Of a DNA stretch of 64,000 nt, positions 34,291 to 47,348 are shown in pieces (the first letter of the stretch is position 1; each line of letters starts with the position of its first letter). The stretch is from Eukaryota sp. GEM-RC1. Lineage: Eukaryota. Both the position numbers and the translations under genes were made by a program. Where the stretch lies: positions 558,001 through 622,000 of the forward strand of contig JAUFOQ010000002.1 in NCBI GenBank assembly GCA_040285855.1. Reading direction: 5' to 3'. Below the pieces are notes generated by a model. The model made no database searches and was not told where the DNA came from. It was given only the letters and a program-made list of their open reading frames with translations.

Positions 34291-36370
34291 ATCAAGCACA
34301 AGTTTCAACTACTCCCCAAAAAGGCATGTACTGATGTCTGCTCGAGTCTAAGTTCCATGGCCGATCGTATAATTTTTACAATATCAAAACTGAATAAGGT
34401 CGGAAGGGAAAAAATCCCCAATAATAAACGTCATTCTTATAAATATACGAATCACATGAAAACGAAATTTAAGACACAGTATCCACAATTGTTTGTTTTA
34501 CTGGTTCAATGAACTTTCAAATGTTTGGGTAACACCTTCAGAATGTCAAAGAACGATAGTCAACCACTTTCAGCCATAAAAAATACAAACATATAAAAGA
34601 ACATCTTTAAAAACATTTGCATTTTTCAGCTATGGTGAAAACCATAGTCAAAATCATACTAAAGATGCCGTTAGGCTTACGTTAATAAGAAAAAAGAAAA
34701 AAGAAGTGTTCACATCAGCGAAATCCTTCAGCTGATGTGCTACATCACCATATATAAAGGTATCTACTAGGTGTCGCTATCTTCTGTAACACTTAATTCT
34801 AACATCACAATCCTCCAATATCGTGGGTGTTACAATACAAGCAACTTTATATCTGATACAAGCAAACACATTTTCTTGTTTGTATTGGGACCTTGCATGT
34901 ATTGAAACCCTTTTATGTGGTTAAGTGACCACATCTATTTTGCAATTAGATTTTAACGGAACACAACCATTCTTCATTAATGTCACGTGTACACTTCAAT
35001 ACCATTTTAGCAGAATTTACAAGTGTTCATTGCAAGTCATTGATAAATCACATGTTATATTCCAGTATTTCGATTTGTTCTTCGAAATGCACCATATTTG
35101 TCTGTATAGGAGCTATGGTTCTGTTGAACGGAACTTATAGTGTTTCATAGATTCAGTTTGGATAAGTCATTATGTCCCTACATTTTTATCATTGTTAAGC
35201 AAAACAAACTCTCACCAAGTCCTATGCACAAATTCCACAACAATCAATAGGCATCCAGTTTGACCAGATAGTTCGTTCACAGCTCCAAACATACAAATTA
35301 ATTAAATTTAACTCCGTATTACAGTTTAATTCGGTCAATATCCAGTATAGAGAACAATACAATCACATACCTTTACTTGCTTGTATTGGGACACCTACGT
35401 TATTCTTTTCAGAAAGATTTGCAACAGTATATTGAACTACGTTTTCTTGAGGTTCTGAAGCTTCAGACCGTTGATAGTCATCAAAATAGTCAGTTTGGAT
35501 ATGATGAAGAAGTTTATCCCTTCACTTCTTAATCCAACGGAAAATCATGGGTTGACAGCTTGTATTTGTAGCAGTCAGAAGAGAGGACAGAATGGTACCT
35601 GGGAGGATGTGGCTTCCAGCTCCGTGACGAAGTTTCTGATACGTATCGTCTAGGCATTGTTTACTGTAAAATACTTTTTTAACAGAATTATTTTCCAGAA
35701 ATCTTTTCGGTACCGTATGTGACACTTTATTTTATGCAAAGCAACAGTAGGTACCGTATTGTATTTATCGCAAATAAATACGCTATTTCTATTTTACGAT
35801 TTTACGATCACTTAAAGGATCTTTAATGGAACAGTTTAAATTAAACTGGACGTCCTCAAATAGATTCTAGATTAGGTTGCCGACCAATAGCTAACCGTTA
35901 ATAGTGTCCTTAAATAAGTCGTGATTACAGTAACATTACAGCTTCATTTGTGCCTTTTGAACTTCAGGGTATAAAACCGGACCCACCAAAGGAAAATTGA
36001 AAAGTTGTTGTTTACCATGCTTTGCCCACATTTATGTAGTTTCGCAGTTGATTGCCAATATGCTAGTACATTCAATGAGTTCTAGTATCATTCGATAACG
36101 ATTTTGAAGACATTCAACGATTTCTTATTGTAGAACTGTGACAACACATCCACAGAAGATGATAATTCGTTCAGCTCCCAAAACCAACGACAGACACGAT
36201 GGACTCGATGGTTGAAATGGTGAATCAAAAGTGTTGAAAACAAATCCAGAAGATGTTCAGTTGTCAGGAACGTGTTCAGTTCACTACGGTGTTGGACTTC
36301 TCGAAAACACCATCTAACACGTGTTGAGATGACTCTGAACACAAAATCCAACGTGCTTGTTACTCACTCA

Positions 36371-37635
36371 ATGAAGTTGCTATTGATTCTTTTCCTTCTT
36401 GTCTCTGTCTCTATTGCTGCCCCTCCATTCCCAGATGTTCCTAACAGCTGGACTGGTATGGTTACCATTGAAATTCCGTTCATCGGCAAACAGATAGGTA
36501 GATACTATTTTGATTACCCCAACATGAGAACCCGTGCTGAATTCAAACACTTTGGAGTTCAAGGTATTCAAATCGATGACTATGTGGCCAAGACTTCTTA
36601 TATGATTCAGAAACAGTTTGGAACAAGGTTTGTGTCATTGGTTTGTCTGACTTTAGTTGTGACACTGAAGAACTCACTAATGAAATCTACCCTACAGCTC
36701 TCCCACCATTAGCCTATTATACTGGTCAAGAAACTATTCGTGGAATCGAATGTGAGGTTTGGGAGTTCAAAATGGGATTTGAAATGGGATTCAAGTGGTG
36801 GATCACGAGAGTTGTTCACGATGAACGTCCCTTTGCCCAGGTTCTTAGAACTGTTCTTGAAACCGACATGATGGACATGACTATGGACATTGATGATATG
36901 ACGCCCATGGTTTTCGAAAGAGAGTCACACCTCTTCAAGGTTGATGACTATCACTGTCCTCCTCCAATTCCACCTGTTACTCACACAGTCAGTGGTTATG
37001 TTATTGATGCAACCACAGCTGAACCAATCAAGGGTGCCTCCGTTAGTATTACTGGACCTACTGAGAAATCCGCTGAAGTGAATAATAATGGTGTGTATGT
37101 TTTAAAGAAGCTTGCTCCCGGAGACTACACCATCACTGCCTCCCACGGAGATTATTTCCAGGCTACTAGATCTCTCGCTGTGGATCATGATATTCCTAAG
37201 GGAACCGTTGCTGATATCACTTTATCAAAGAAGCTGAAAGTCAATGAATTTCGCTTTGTTTTGAATTGGCGTGCACAGCCCAGAGATCTTGATCTTCATA
37301 TTGTCAATCCAGATAACTGTCATGTTTATTTCAGTAACAGACAATGTGGTGGAAAACATGCTGCAAACCTTGACATTGATAGACAACAAGGATATGGTCC
37401 TGAAACAATTAAAATATCTGGAGACGGAAATTCTGGCACTTTTAAACTGTATGTTCACAATTACTCTGGTGAGAAGTCCATGGTTGCATGTGGAGCTGAA
37501 GTTGCTATCTATGACTCACGTGGACTTGTGGACATTGTTAAGGTTCCCACTGAAGGTGAAGGACGCTTCTGGACTGTGGGGAAATTAGTTGACGGTGATT
37601 TTGTCGTGGTGAATCAGATTGGTAATTCTCCTTAG
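36371..37635 (+). CDS. Secreted protein: ependymin-like N-terminal region, carboxypeptidase-regulatory-like domain and YfaP/DUF2135-like domain; one intron (36628-36656)
   Basis: Signal peptide MKLLLILFLLVSVSIA; GRYYFDYPNMRTR and GQETIRGIECEVW; VSGYVIDATTAEPIKGASV..GDYTITAS; DLDLHIVNP..LDIDRQQGYGPETI. A 29-nt GT-AG intron joins the two ORFs. Confidence 0.75.
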
Positions 37636-37761
37636 TGTGTCGGTTTTTGTAAAGTCAGTCTATTGTAACAGTTACAATTCAAACTGTATCGTCATATTAA
37701 AATTACTACAGTGTAGACGTCACCTTGACACGTCAAAGTACGTATTACTACATGTATATAG

Positions 37762-38448
37762 CAGGGGTGAGAAAAAATATATTTGTATTGTATTTATTGC
37801 AATAAATATCTATTTATTTATTTATTGTTCTGTGAGTTACAGACAATATATTTACTGTTGGTCGAAACATTAAACAGCATTATTGCAATATATTGCAATA
37901 TATTTAAATACATTGATGTCCTATTTTGTCTGTTTTTACAGTAATACAGTGTGCTATTTTTGAAGAAATATAGTGCAAAGTGATCCATTGGAGGTTGCTG
38001 AGCACGATACAATTCTATCTGAGTCCTTTTATGTCTGAACACAAGGAAATTGTTACCCACTCCTGTTCAAATCTGTACTTGATACGATTTGTCCTGCTTA
38101 ATACAACGGAAATCCAAACTGTTCTGTTGTTGTGCAATTGGAGTTACTCCAAAGAAGTATCTTCAATCAGAGTATTATTGACTACACAATTTATTGAGCT
38201 CCTTTAGGACGATGACGAGTCTGACTAACATTTGATATATCATAAAAAATGTTAGAGCTGTTCTTGTCTGGTTATTGATACATTGAAACCAATTAAAATT
38301 AACCAATATTTATTGACAATAAATTAATATATTTACTGTTTTCGACAACAATAACAATATATTTATTTCTGCCAAACACAATAACAATATATTTATTTTT
38401 ATCGAAAACAATAAACAATATATTTAAATAAATATTTTCACACCCCTG
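37762..38448. mobile_element. 687-bp hAT-type MITE (caggggtg family)
   Basis: TIR caggggtgagaaaa / ttttcacacccctg; TSD gtatatag at 37754-37761 and 38449-38456; caatatattta subterminal repeats. Confidence 0.9.
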
Positions 38449-39729
38449 GTATATAGTAGTACGTTCCAATACGTGAAATTCGGCAGACGTACCTTTTTTT
38501 CTCCTCCCCTCATCATCTTTCCATTTTCATCATGATCATAAATTGGTCATCCTACTATAACATTGCTTTTGAAGGGAATCCTGATGACATGGACTATTGA
38601 TCAAGACCAAGTGGGCGATGATGAAGATGATTTGGTTCGTTGTGAGGACAGAAGAGTATCTGAATGCAGTAATTGAAGAGGCCTTCAGTTATAATGTTTG
38701 TTTGTTTTGGCCACTTTTCTCAGATCATTTGATAAGAAACGTGTATACAGTTTATAGATGAAAACGGCAAACAAATTTAATTTATGACACTACAGAAACA
38801 GTAAATTCCTTGTCAAATCACTTTAGTATATGTTATTGACACTAAAGCTGTCGAGAATTCACAGAGTATGTGATAATGGTAACCCCACTATTAAATACTT
38901 ACTAACGTCTCTTTATCTGAAGTTACATCTCAAGACGGATGAAGACGAAGACGGACGTAGACGTGAAATACGTCCTGTGCAACCCTACAAATTACTATAA
39001 GAAGTACAGACCAGATAGTCTAAGATTTCAGTACATGTAACAGTAAACTCAAAACTCTCTCCATGAAAACTCCATACAGTTGAAACAAAACCCATAACAA
39101 TACCAAATTGAAAATTGCAACACTTTGGAGACCTAACTGATATAAAGCCTGGATTATAACGTTGAACTTGGAATGGCCAAAGACAGCTTTTGAATTTTTT
39201 TTAAATGGAGGTTTCCAGTAGCCTATGATTCGTGTCTGATTACTTAAATCCCTCAAGTTTACGGTCTCTTTCTTGATGATAACTTACATGATTATATAAT
39301 CTTCCTCATAATTTGAAATGCCATTTATTAAACTGTAACCGTTTTATTCTTTTTAGAATAAACTTCATGATGCAGAAATATTGTATGTGTAAATCTTATA
39401 TAATACAAGTAGTCTTGTTCTTAGAACCACTCTTAACTTGTTTGTCGATGATACTGATGTTGATGAAATCTGGGTTTTTTTAATTATATATATTTCACAT
39501 TTATTTTTGGCAGTTTTTGAGGTTCAAATCATTTTCAATTATTTTATGAGAAGGCCTGATGAAGATTGTAAAAGATAAATCATCTAGGACCTTTGATCTT
39601 AGATCTTGGAAAAATCGAATTGTGCTTCCTATTTTATATTCTTTAAAGCAAATTAATTTATTCTACATGTAATGAACTAAACAACCAAAATTTGATAGTT
39701 GTCTAGTCTATTACATTTAGAGTCAATAG

Positions 39730-40215
39730 AAATTATAAAAAATTTGATATCATTAAAACAACACCCGTCGCTATCGAACCTTACAACAGCTTTGTCCTCA
39801 TGAAAGGAACTTACAGCTAATAAGGCTTTGGAGATGATTAGTGGAATTGTCTTCAGAACAGTAAAAACGATACGCCATAACATATGATCAAAACGTTTTT
39901 CCATTCTGCTTTTGACGATTTTTCCGAAATCGTTTAAAAAATTCAATACATTTTTTCCTAAATAGCCTTAGATAGAAACAACAATAGGGCATAATTCGTG
40001 TTCAACATGTTTTAGAGCCCCCAATGGTTTCTTGTACTAATCTTGTTTGGCCTGTTCAGAAAAGTCTAAAGGTGAAGTTTAAGAGCAGTGAACGCTAACA
40101 CGTAACACGCGTGTTACCACGTGTTAACACGTGTTAGATTCGATTTTTGAACGTGTTAGCGTTCACTGTTTAAGAGTAAGCATTCCTTAAAGATGTCTTT
40201 AGCTTTGTATTGGTT
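39730..40215 (-). mobile_element. 3' fragment of RLE retroelement family B, interrupted by a MITE
   Basis: FLNDFGKIVK..RFDHMLWRIVFTVLK; colinear with 45280-45665 once the MITE is removed. Confidence 0.75.
40086..40168. mobile_element. 83-bp hAT-type MITE, family 1
   Basis: TIR cagtgaacgctaacacg; TSD tttaagag at 40078-40085 and 40169-40176. Confidence 0.92.
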
Positions 40216-40518
40216 TCATATTAATTCCATCATGCACTTTTTCCTTTAAACACATCTATACCACGTCTTTTGATTCTAGCTATTCAAAGAGAGGTAAAGT
40301 CCACCAAATCACGTTCAATCCACCATAAAATAAGCTTCTCCTTTTCAGAAGAAGGAGACCCAGTTTGTATTCTGTTTGGCTAGGTCACAATTTGAAGAAT
40401 CATAAGAGGTACTAACTGCGAAGAACCCACGATTTAATTGACTGTAAGATGTTGATGTCTCAAGAGACAGTTTTTGAGATTAATTTTGATTTGTGACCTA
40501 CTACATATGTAGTGTACT

Positions 40519-40929
40519 TTGCACAATCTAGAATACAATGCCCAGATCAGGTACGAATTTAACCCACCATCAACCACAGGAGGAGGTAGACGGAGTGGTG
40601 GCTCTGGTAGATCCCGTAGAAGTCGTACGAGACCTGGATTTCGTAGATCTGGTGGTTGTTATTGCTCTGGCTTCTCACGTGGCTCGTGGAAAACTGGTGG
40701 CCCTTCCTATTCTATTCCTTTTGGAAAGAGACATCCCAGTGGTGCTGGCTATGTGAATGTAATCAAATTGTCGTCCGCTGCTTGCTTTTCAACAGTTCTC
40801 ATCATTGTGGGCATAGTGCTATTCTGGATATCAGCATATGATGAATCTCTAGTTCCTCTTATGCCTGGTTCAACTTTTGATGTATCAACCTTTTTGAACC
40901 CAAAACAATCTGTACACATCTCTTCGTAA
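40519..40929 (+). pseudogene. Fragment of a Gly/Arg-rich single-pass membrane protein gene, ending where a retroelement fragment begins
   Basis: Higher-GC ORF with a G/R-rich segment and one hydrophobic stretch; no ATG start. Confidence 0.3.
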
Positions 40930-40944
40930 CAGTCGTAAACAAAA

Positions 40945-41866
40945 TGAGAAACTCATATTCCAAATTTGTGTTTCAACCTTTTGCTGTTTCTCTTTTGCAT
41001 CGTTTAGTCCTGCTGGTGATCAATTTTTCAAGGATTTCGAAGATGTATGTAAAGAAAAGAAGCGTAAGTTTAGAATGGCTGAATGGAAAAACTGTATAGT
41101 GTTTTCCATATATCGGAGTATGCCCTTCTATGTTTCTCGATTAATTGAGAAATTGTATAAGTTTGGTGTCAAGGTCAGGGGTGGGAAAACAATATTGCTC
41201 CTATATTTATTTCCGCTCTTTTAGGTGGAGTAATATTTATTGTTACACCGGTTAATTATTGCATTATTGCAATATTGCTAATATAAATTTACTTGTTCAT
41301 TTTGTTGTTTTACTTCACCATTTGGACTCCCAAAACCCGTTCCGTTGCCTGATGTGTTTAAATATAGTGAGAGTTGATTTATCGGTGATGATTTCTAGTT
41401 GTTGTATTATCATAATGTCTGTCATATGAGCTCAGTTCGAGTGTTTACTGAAGTGCAATGTAAATTCTTTCTTCTCTTCTGAAGCCATTTCTTCTGAAGC
41501 TCTCCAGCCCTAAAATGTAAATAATGAGGAAAGAAAACATATTGAGATTATGTCGGATACTTCTGATGATGATGGACAGCAGAATATGTGGGTTTTTTGT
41601 AGTACATACATCATATGATTCATATTGTTGCAATATTGCAATATTGGTCGAATAATTGCAATATTTATTGACACTATTTCGGAATTGCAATATTTATTTT
41701 GTGGCCAAAAAATATTTATATTTATTGCAATATTGTTTTCACACCCCTGGTCAAGGTTAATGTTGAAAAACGGAATCTTTTACCGGCTGGTGATGAAGTC
41801 GTTTGGATTTAATCTTAGTATTATTTGTTTGTTTTTGCAGTTTCATAGTTTTGTTGGAAGGTGAAC
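40945..41866 (+). mobile_element. 3' fragment of RLE retroelement family A, interrupted by a MITE
   Basis: Close match to about 8834-9165 once 41176-41757 is removed. Confidence 0.85.
41176..41749. mobile_element. 574-bp hAT-type MITE (caggggtg family)
   Basis: TIR caggggtg(g/t)gaaaacaatattgc; TSD gtcaaggt at 41168-41175 and 41750-41757. The empty site is seen in the family A copies at about 9055 and 45036. Confidence 0.93.
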
Positions 41867-42877
41867 TTATAAATGTAGAAACTCGATTGACCTATCAGGA
41901 ATAGAAGAGATTGACTTAGGAAAACACTTGGGCCAAATGTCAGCAGGTAGGTTTTGAATGACAGAATCAAGAGGACGTAACCACAGAGAATTTTGTACGA
42001 TTATGTGTGAAAACACATCACTAAATCTCAAACGGAATTCGAAAAGAAAATTGTTCAAACCACCAAGATATACACTTTGACATAAATACTCCGCTCTAGA
42101 AAATCCAACACCACCAAAAGAAGCAGAAAAGAATGCATGATAAGGAAGTTTGGTTGAATCAGTTTCAACAAGATTGCCCAAAAATTCAGTTCTAATTTCC
42201 ATGAATTTTTGAGCTACTTCCCTTGAAATATCAGGAGGTATAGATCTCAAAAAATGATTAATCTTTGAACTAAAACAAACTGAAAGCATCGAAAAAGCCA
42301 AATGTTTTTCAATTTTTAAATCTTGAATTGACTGTAATTGGGATTGAAGCTTATTCAAAGAATTATACAAACTGTCTAAAATTTTACCTCGATTAGCAAA
42401 ATAGGTACCCAAAAAGTTGATAGACTCAACAGAATAGTTGGTAAACGGTATAACTTCATTACCGTATATAATTTTATCATTTTCTTTTCCAATCAAGAAA
42501 CACTTACTCAATTTGATCTCCAAACCAATGGATTTGAAAAGCTCAACAAAATCATCAAGACTCGATTGTAAAACACCTATAGGTCCAATCAATGAAGAAT
42601 CATCTGCATAGGCACACAAATCCACCTGAGGGTGTTTCTCTTTAAATTTGATAAAAACTGATTGTAATGTGAGACAACAGAAAAAAGGACCAAATGGATC
42701 ACCTTGTTTAACACCTCTAGTTGACTTGATTATGTATGAATTAAACACTAAATCAGAAGGATCACCATACATTAAACGAAAATAGGGCAACAATTGTGGA
42801 AAATGGACTTCTAATTGTACATAAATACTTGAACGAGATATTGAATTAAATGCATTCTTATCATCAATAATCAACAA
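41867..42877 (-). mobile_element. Reverse transcriptase fragment of a CRE-like non-LTR retrotransposon
   Basis: IDDKNAFNSISR, STRGVKQGDPFGPFF, AYADD, GLEIKLSKC, FLGTYF, KINHFLRS, SFGGVGF. Confidence 0.9.
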
Positions 42878-43589
42878 GAAATTAGTGTTATTCTGATTAA
42901 ATTATTGGCCTGATTATTCAAGAACATTCTTTTTCTTGCTGTAACCTGATTTTTTCTTGATGTCAATTTAGAATAAAGTAGGATTGTGTTGAAGCATTTG
43001 AACTCCACGGCAACAGAGAAGCATTGGCTTAAATAGGAGATTGAACAAACGTAAACAGCAACGAACTAATCAAGATCGACAGTATAGGTTTAAGTTGGAT
43101 ACCTGCAACTAGAATTGATGTTGGGATGCTTTTCAGTAGTGCTCAGAAGGAATTCAGGAAACACTAAACCAAATCTGAAGTCAAAAGCGTTGGAAACACA
43201 ACTTTTCTTGCTCTACAATGTTGATCTATGGGATCAAACTTCTATTGGAATATTTAAATATAGTATCTCATACTTCAATCCAATCAGGCTACAATTGATG
43301 AATGTGATCAAATTCTTGTTCTTACTGATTTGTTACTGTCGTTATTGAAGATATATTTATTGTTTTGACTCAAGATGACCAATAAATATGATAAGATATC
43401 AATCGAGACAATATATTTATTGTTGAATGTCAAAAAAACTATAAGAAAACAATAAGATATTTTTACATTACTGGATACAAGTAGTGTTGTCAAGTGACTT
43501 GACTTCGACTTGAGTCATATATCAAGTCAAATCAAACCACGTGTTAACATTACTTCACTTGTAAAATGACTGTTCTCTAAATCGAATAT

Positions 43590-44420
43590 TTATTGACAAC
43601 ATCACTAAAGCGATACATCTGTTAATAAATATCCTCAAAGTCCAAATTGTCTATCTGGAAACTATCACCTACCGTACCCTAATAATGTCTGCCAAGAAAT
43701 AATAAAGCGCTACATCCAAAAGTCACCATACGTTTAAAGATAGCAAACACAATTCGATTTTTCAATATCAAATATCAAAATTCCTACATGTTTAATTATT
43801 TAATATCTTCCAAAGATTGCAAGAAGTAATGTCGCCGATTTACACAGCAGAGTCAAAATACAAATGGATATTACACGTAACTCGAGTGTGGAACCGAATT
43901 CAATAATTTCAATTTATCACAGTATTTTTCCATTTTTCCTTTTTTCACCATTAACCAGAGGGTTTTGAGCTTAAGATTTAGAAAGTTTCATGTTGGAATT
44001 ATTACAAACATCGATAGACATAACATCAGCAATAATGTAAGGTCCGTCGAGAACAGGAAATATGACATCACCATGGGTATTTCCAAACGATTTGTCAACA
44101 ATCGTATCATGAAACAAATTCACCAGAACTGGTTATAAAAAGGGTTTTTTTCATAAGTTTTACACATACAGTATACTGAATCATGAACCTTACTTCTAAA
44201 TGAAATAAAACGGTTACAATTCAATAAATGTGTAAGCCAGCGGGCATCATTTTTGGTGTGATCAATATGTGTTACATATTGATCACACCAAATGTTGAAT
44301 TTCATATGAGTACGAAAAACATCCGTTTAATCGTCAAGTCAAACATATGCATCATCTTCAAGCAAACCAAGACACTACTTGGGTTACTCTGATAACAATG
44401 AGCCCGAAAGTGCTACAGAA
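43590..44420 (-). mobile_element. Degenerate 3' part of RLE retroelement family G
   Basis: THLLNCNRFISFRSKVHDSV zinc-knuckle segment; 3' tail matches 18080-18325. Confidence 0.7.
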
Positions 44421-44539
44421 AGAGCCCGTCTTCCTTCATATCAGTCAGTAATCTTCATGATCTTCTGGATTGAAAAGACGGATGGAACTAAAGATATGAC
44501 GAGTGACACATGTACAGAAAACCATAGTTCATGAATGTG

Positions 44540-45105
44540 TACGTGATTCTCAGTATTACACGTTTAAAGTACATGGCTTTCACTCTAAAGTTGCACCAGT
44601 TTCTAATCACCTTTCAGCAAGTGAATTTGCGACCAAAAAGGGGATCCTCAAACTCTGTGACACGTGACTTAAATGAAGTCAGTCATTAATAGATTTTACG
44701 ATTTTTGTAACAAGTCTTGTATTAGTCTAATATAAGATTTCTTTTTTTAATCAGTATCAGCTGCTGAAAAGCTCAAGCATTCCAAGAATGACTCTCATGC
44801 AGAAGAACTTAATCAAAAATCATATTCCAATTTTGTGTTTCAACCTTTTACTATTTCTCTTTGTGAATCGATTACAACTACAGGTGAACAATTTTTCGAA
44901 GTGTATGAAGAACTTTATAAAGAAAGGAAGTGTAATTTCAGAATGGGTGAATGGAAAAACCGCGTTGTGTTGTCCGTATATTGCGAAATGACTTTCAATT
45001 TCTCTCGATTAATTGAGAAATTGTACAAGTTTGGTGTGAAGGTTAATGTTGAAAAACGTAATCTTTTACCGGGTGGTGATGAAGTCGTTTGGATTTAATC
45101 TTAGT
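44540..45105 (+). mobile_element. Degenerate 3' fragment of RLE retroelement family A
   Basis: Ends ..FSRLIEKLYKFGVKVNVEKRNLLPGGDEVVWI, as in 8930-9115. Confidence 0.85.
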
Positions 45106-45279
45106 CATATGTATTTGTTCTACAAGTTAGAATTTATGAAGTAAGACTGTATCATTATTACAATTGAAATATTTAGAGCTGAAGGTTTTCACTAAATTCG
45201 AACCTTTACTTTGTAAGCAAAGTTAAGAAAATGAATTTTTGTAAAAGATTGTATTTCACCCAGATGTAATAGACTAAGT

Positions 45280-45665
45280 AACTAAAATTTGATATCATAA
45301 AAACAACACCCTTTGCTATCAAATCTTACAACAGCTTTGTCCTCATAAAAGAAACAAAGTTTTGAAAATGATTAGGGGAATTGTTAAAAAATAGTAAAAA
45401 CGATACGATTCATCCTTAACATATGGTCAAAACGTTTGTTTACCCTATTTTTCACGAATTTCCGGAAATCGTTTAAAAAATTCAATGCATTTCTTCATAA
45501 ACGTGCGTTAATTGAAACAACAAAAGAGCATAATTCGTATTCAACATGCTTTACACGTTTTGGAAGCCATCAATGGTTTCTTGTACTTATTCTGCTTGGC
45601 TTGTTCGTAAATGTATAAAGGGAGAGTTTCAGAGTAAGCATTCTTTAAAGATGTCTTTTTACAAA
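45280..45665 (-). mobile_element. 3' fragment of RLE retroelement family B
   Basis: Nucleotide similarity to 39730-40215. Confidence 0.7.
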
Positions 45666-45738
45666 CAAGTAAATGAAAATAGAGATATCCTATAAAACTG
45701 GCAAAGTTAGCCAAACAACATTGAAATGACTCAAATCT

Positions 45739-46188
45739 ATGTTTAACCTTGACCATTACCTCCGCACCAAACTAGGTTTACTTCGATCATCAGACAGACA
45801 ATGTATAAAAAGTATTCAACAACTTCAAAAACACGATTCACCTAATTACGATGAACACATTAACAAGCTTCACAATGAATTGACCTTGGAATCTTTTGTG
45901 TTACTGCTAATATCTGCTGAGTTATTCACATGGTATCTGTGTTGGAACTTCACCCGCAACAACATCTTCCTATGGCTTACAGCTTGTAATTCTATTTGCT
46001 TCATGATGGAAGGTCTACTACGAGCCTCTCATGCCACAATCATTGGGCGGCTCATTGGATTTCGTAACAGAGCAGAAATTGAAACCGAAATACTAGCTAT
46101 AAAAACAATGAAAGGAGATTTCAAATCTTTACATTTAAAACCGCTGAAAAATGTCTTGGAGACCATTACTGATGTGTCTTCTTTTTAA
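45739..46188 (+). CDS. Hypothetical protein with two hydrophobic segments
   Basis: 149-aa ATG-initiated ORF convergent with the deacetylase gene. Confidence 0.45.
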   Translation: MFNLDHYLRTKLGLLRSSDRQCIKSIQQLQKHDSPNYDEHINKLHNELTLESFVLLLISAELFTWYLCWNFTRNNIFLWLTACNSICFMMEGLLRASHATIIGRLIGFRNRAEIETEILAIKTMKGDFKSLHLKPLKNVLETITDVSSF

Positions 46189-46240
46189 AACTAATAAATT
46201 AAGATAAACAACGATCAGCAAGAAACAAAAACTAAAAAAA

Positions 46241-47311
46241 CTAACAACTCTGGTCCATTCCTTTAACAAACTCATTAACACATTGAGGTACGTTGGTTTT
46301 TAAATCATAGCCACCTTCTTGAAGAATCAAAATGTGAGAATCCAGTGACTGGCGAATCATGACTCCCATTTGATTGAAGTCGTTGGGAGTCAACGCAAAG
46401 CCACCAGAGTTCTCAGTAATATCAGGGTCACCTTGAGCTGTGTCCTCACCCAAAGAAACAATGATGACGTCAGCATTGACAGTCTTTAACTTTTCAATGG
46501 CCTTAGTCAAAGTTGCCATGTAAACATCACAAGAAGTCTTTGGCGGCAACGTATAATTAATAAGATTGTCTGTATTTTCCTCTTCAAAACCAGAGTAGAA
46601 GGGGAACTCAAACCGTGGATCACAATGAATTGAGATAAACATGAGATCAGGCATGAGGTCCTTTGCCATCGAAAAGGTTCCGTCCCCAGCGTGAAGGTCA
46701 ACATCTATGATAGCCATAGTTTTATTGAGATCCCGGCAGCGTTGAGCAGCAACAATGGCGTTGTTAATGAAGCAGTATCCAGCATAGCGGTCTCTCTTCG
46801 CATGATGACCTGGCAAAGTGGTGAGAGTGAATACAGAAGAATGTGGAGGCATTGATAGTAAATGATCAACAGCACGAATAGCTAAGAGAGCTGAGTTGTA
46901 CGCCATTCGCCACGTGTACTTGAAAACTGGGGTGATACGATCCTGACCATAAAAACCAATTGAATATAACAAGGGGAGCTTGGAAATGATTTTAGCAGTC
47001 TCATGTCTATTAGCAGGGAAACAGTAAGGAACAATTCCTTCCGCGTACGGTAAACAATAGTCAGTGTCACGTCCGAGTTCTTTCCAATTAACGAATACAC
47101 TTTGAAGGAAAGATAAGTATTGCTCGTCATGAACTTTAAATAGAGCAGAAGCATCTGTTGGTGTGTCAACAGGAGAAAAAACTAAATTAAAACTAGAAAG
47201 GGCCTTTAAGATGACTTGCTTACGGACAATGGGGTTGTTATGGGGAAGAGAAGCCATAACAGCAGGTTTGATACCCCTTTCGCAGTCGTCATAAAACACA
47301 GCGATAGCCAT
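46241..47311 (-). CDS. Zn-dependent HDAC-superfamily amidohydrolase (acetylpolyamine amidohydrolase-like)
   Basis: KVHDEQYLSFL, PGHHA, GYCFINNA, IDVDLHAGDGT, SIHCDP..FPFYSG, SLGEDT..DP, QEGGY. Confidence 0.88.
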   Translation of the reverse strand: MAIAVFYDDCERGIKPAVMASLPHNNPIVRKQVILKALSSFNLVFSPVDTPTDASALFKVHDEQYLSFLQSVFVNWKELGRDTDYCLPYAEGIVPYCFPANRHETAKIISKLPLLYSIGFYGQDRITPVFKYTWRMAYNSALLAIRAVDHLLSMPPHSSVFTLTTLPGHHAKRDRYAGYCFINNAIVAAQRCRDLNKTMAIIDVDLHAGDGTFSMAKDLMPDLMFISIHCDPRFEFPFYSGFEEENTDNLINYTLPPKTSCDVYMATLTKAIEKLKTVNADVIIVSLGEDTAQGDPDITENSGGFALTPNDFNQMGVMIRQSLDSHILILQEGGYDLKTNVPQCVNEFVKGMDQSC

Positions 47312-47348
47312 GGTTTGGAAAAATAGCCATTGAACACCATTTTTTCAA

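Noticed and set aside
34300..36300. AT-rich stretch with short ORFs and Cys-rich fragments on the minus strand
   Set aside because: Too many stops and no recognisable motif; possibly a decayed element, but it cannot be assigned.
37707..38994. Possible older element enclosing the 37762 MITE (acgt-rich ends, aaattac flanks)
   Set aside because: The termini do not form a convincing inverted repeat.
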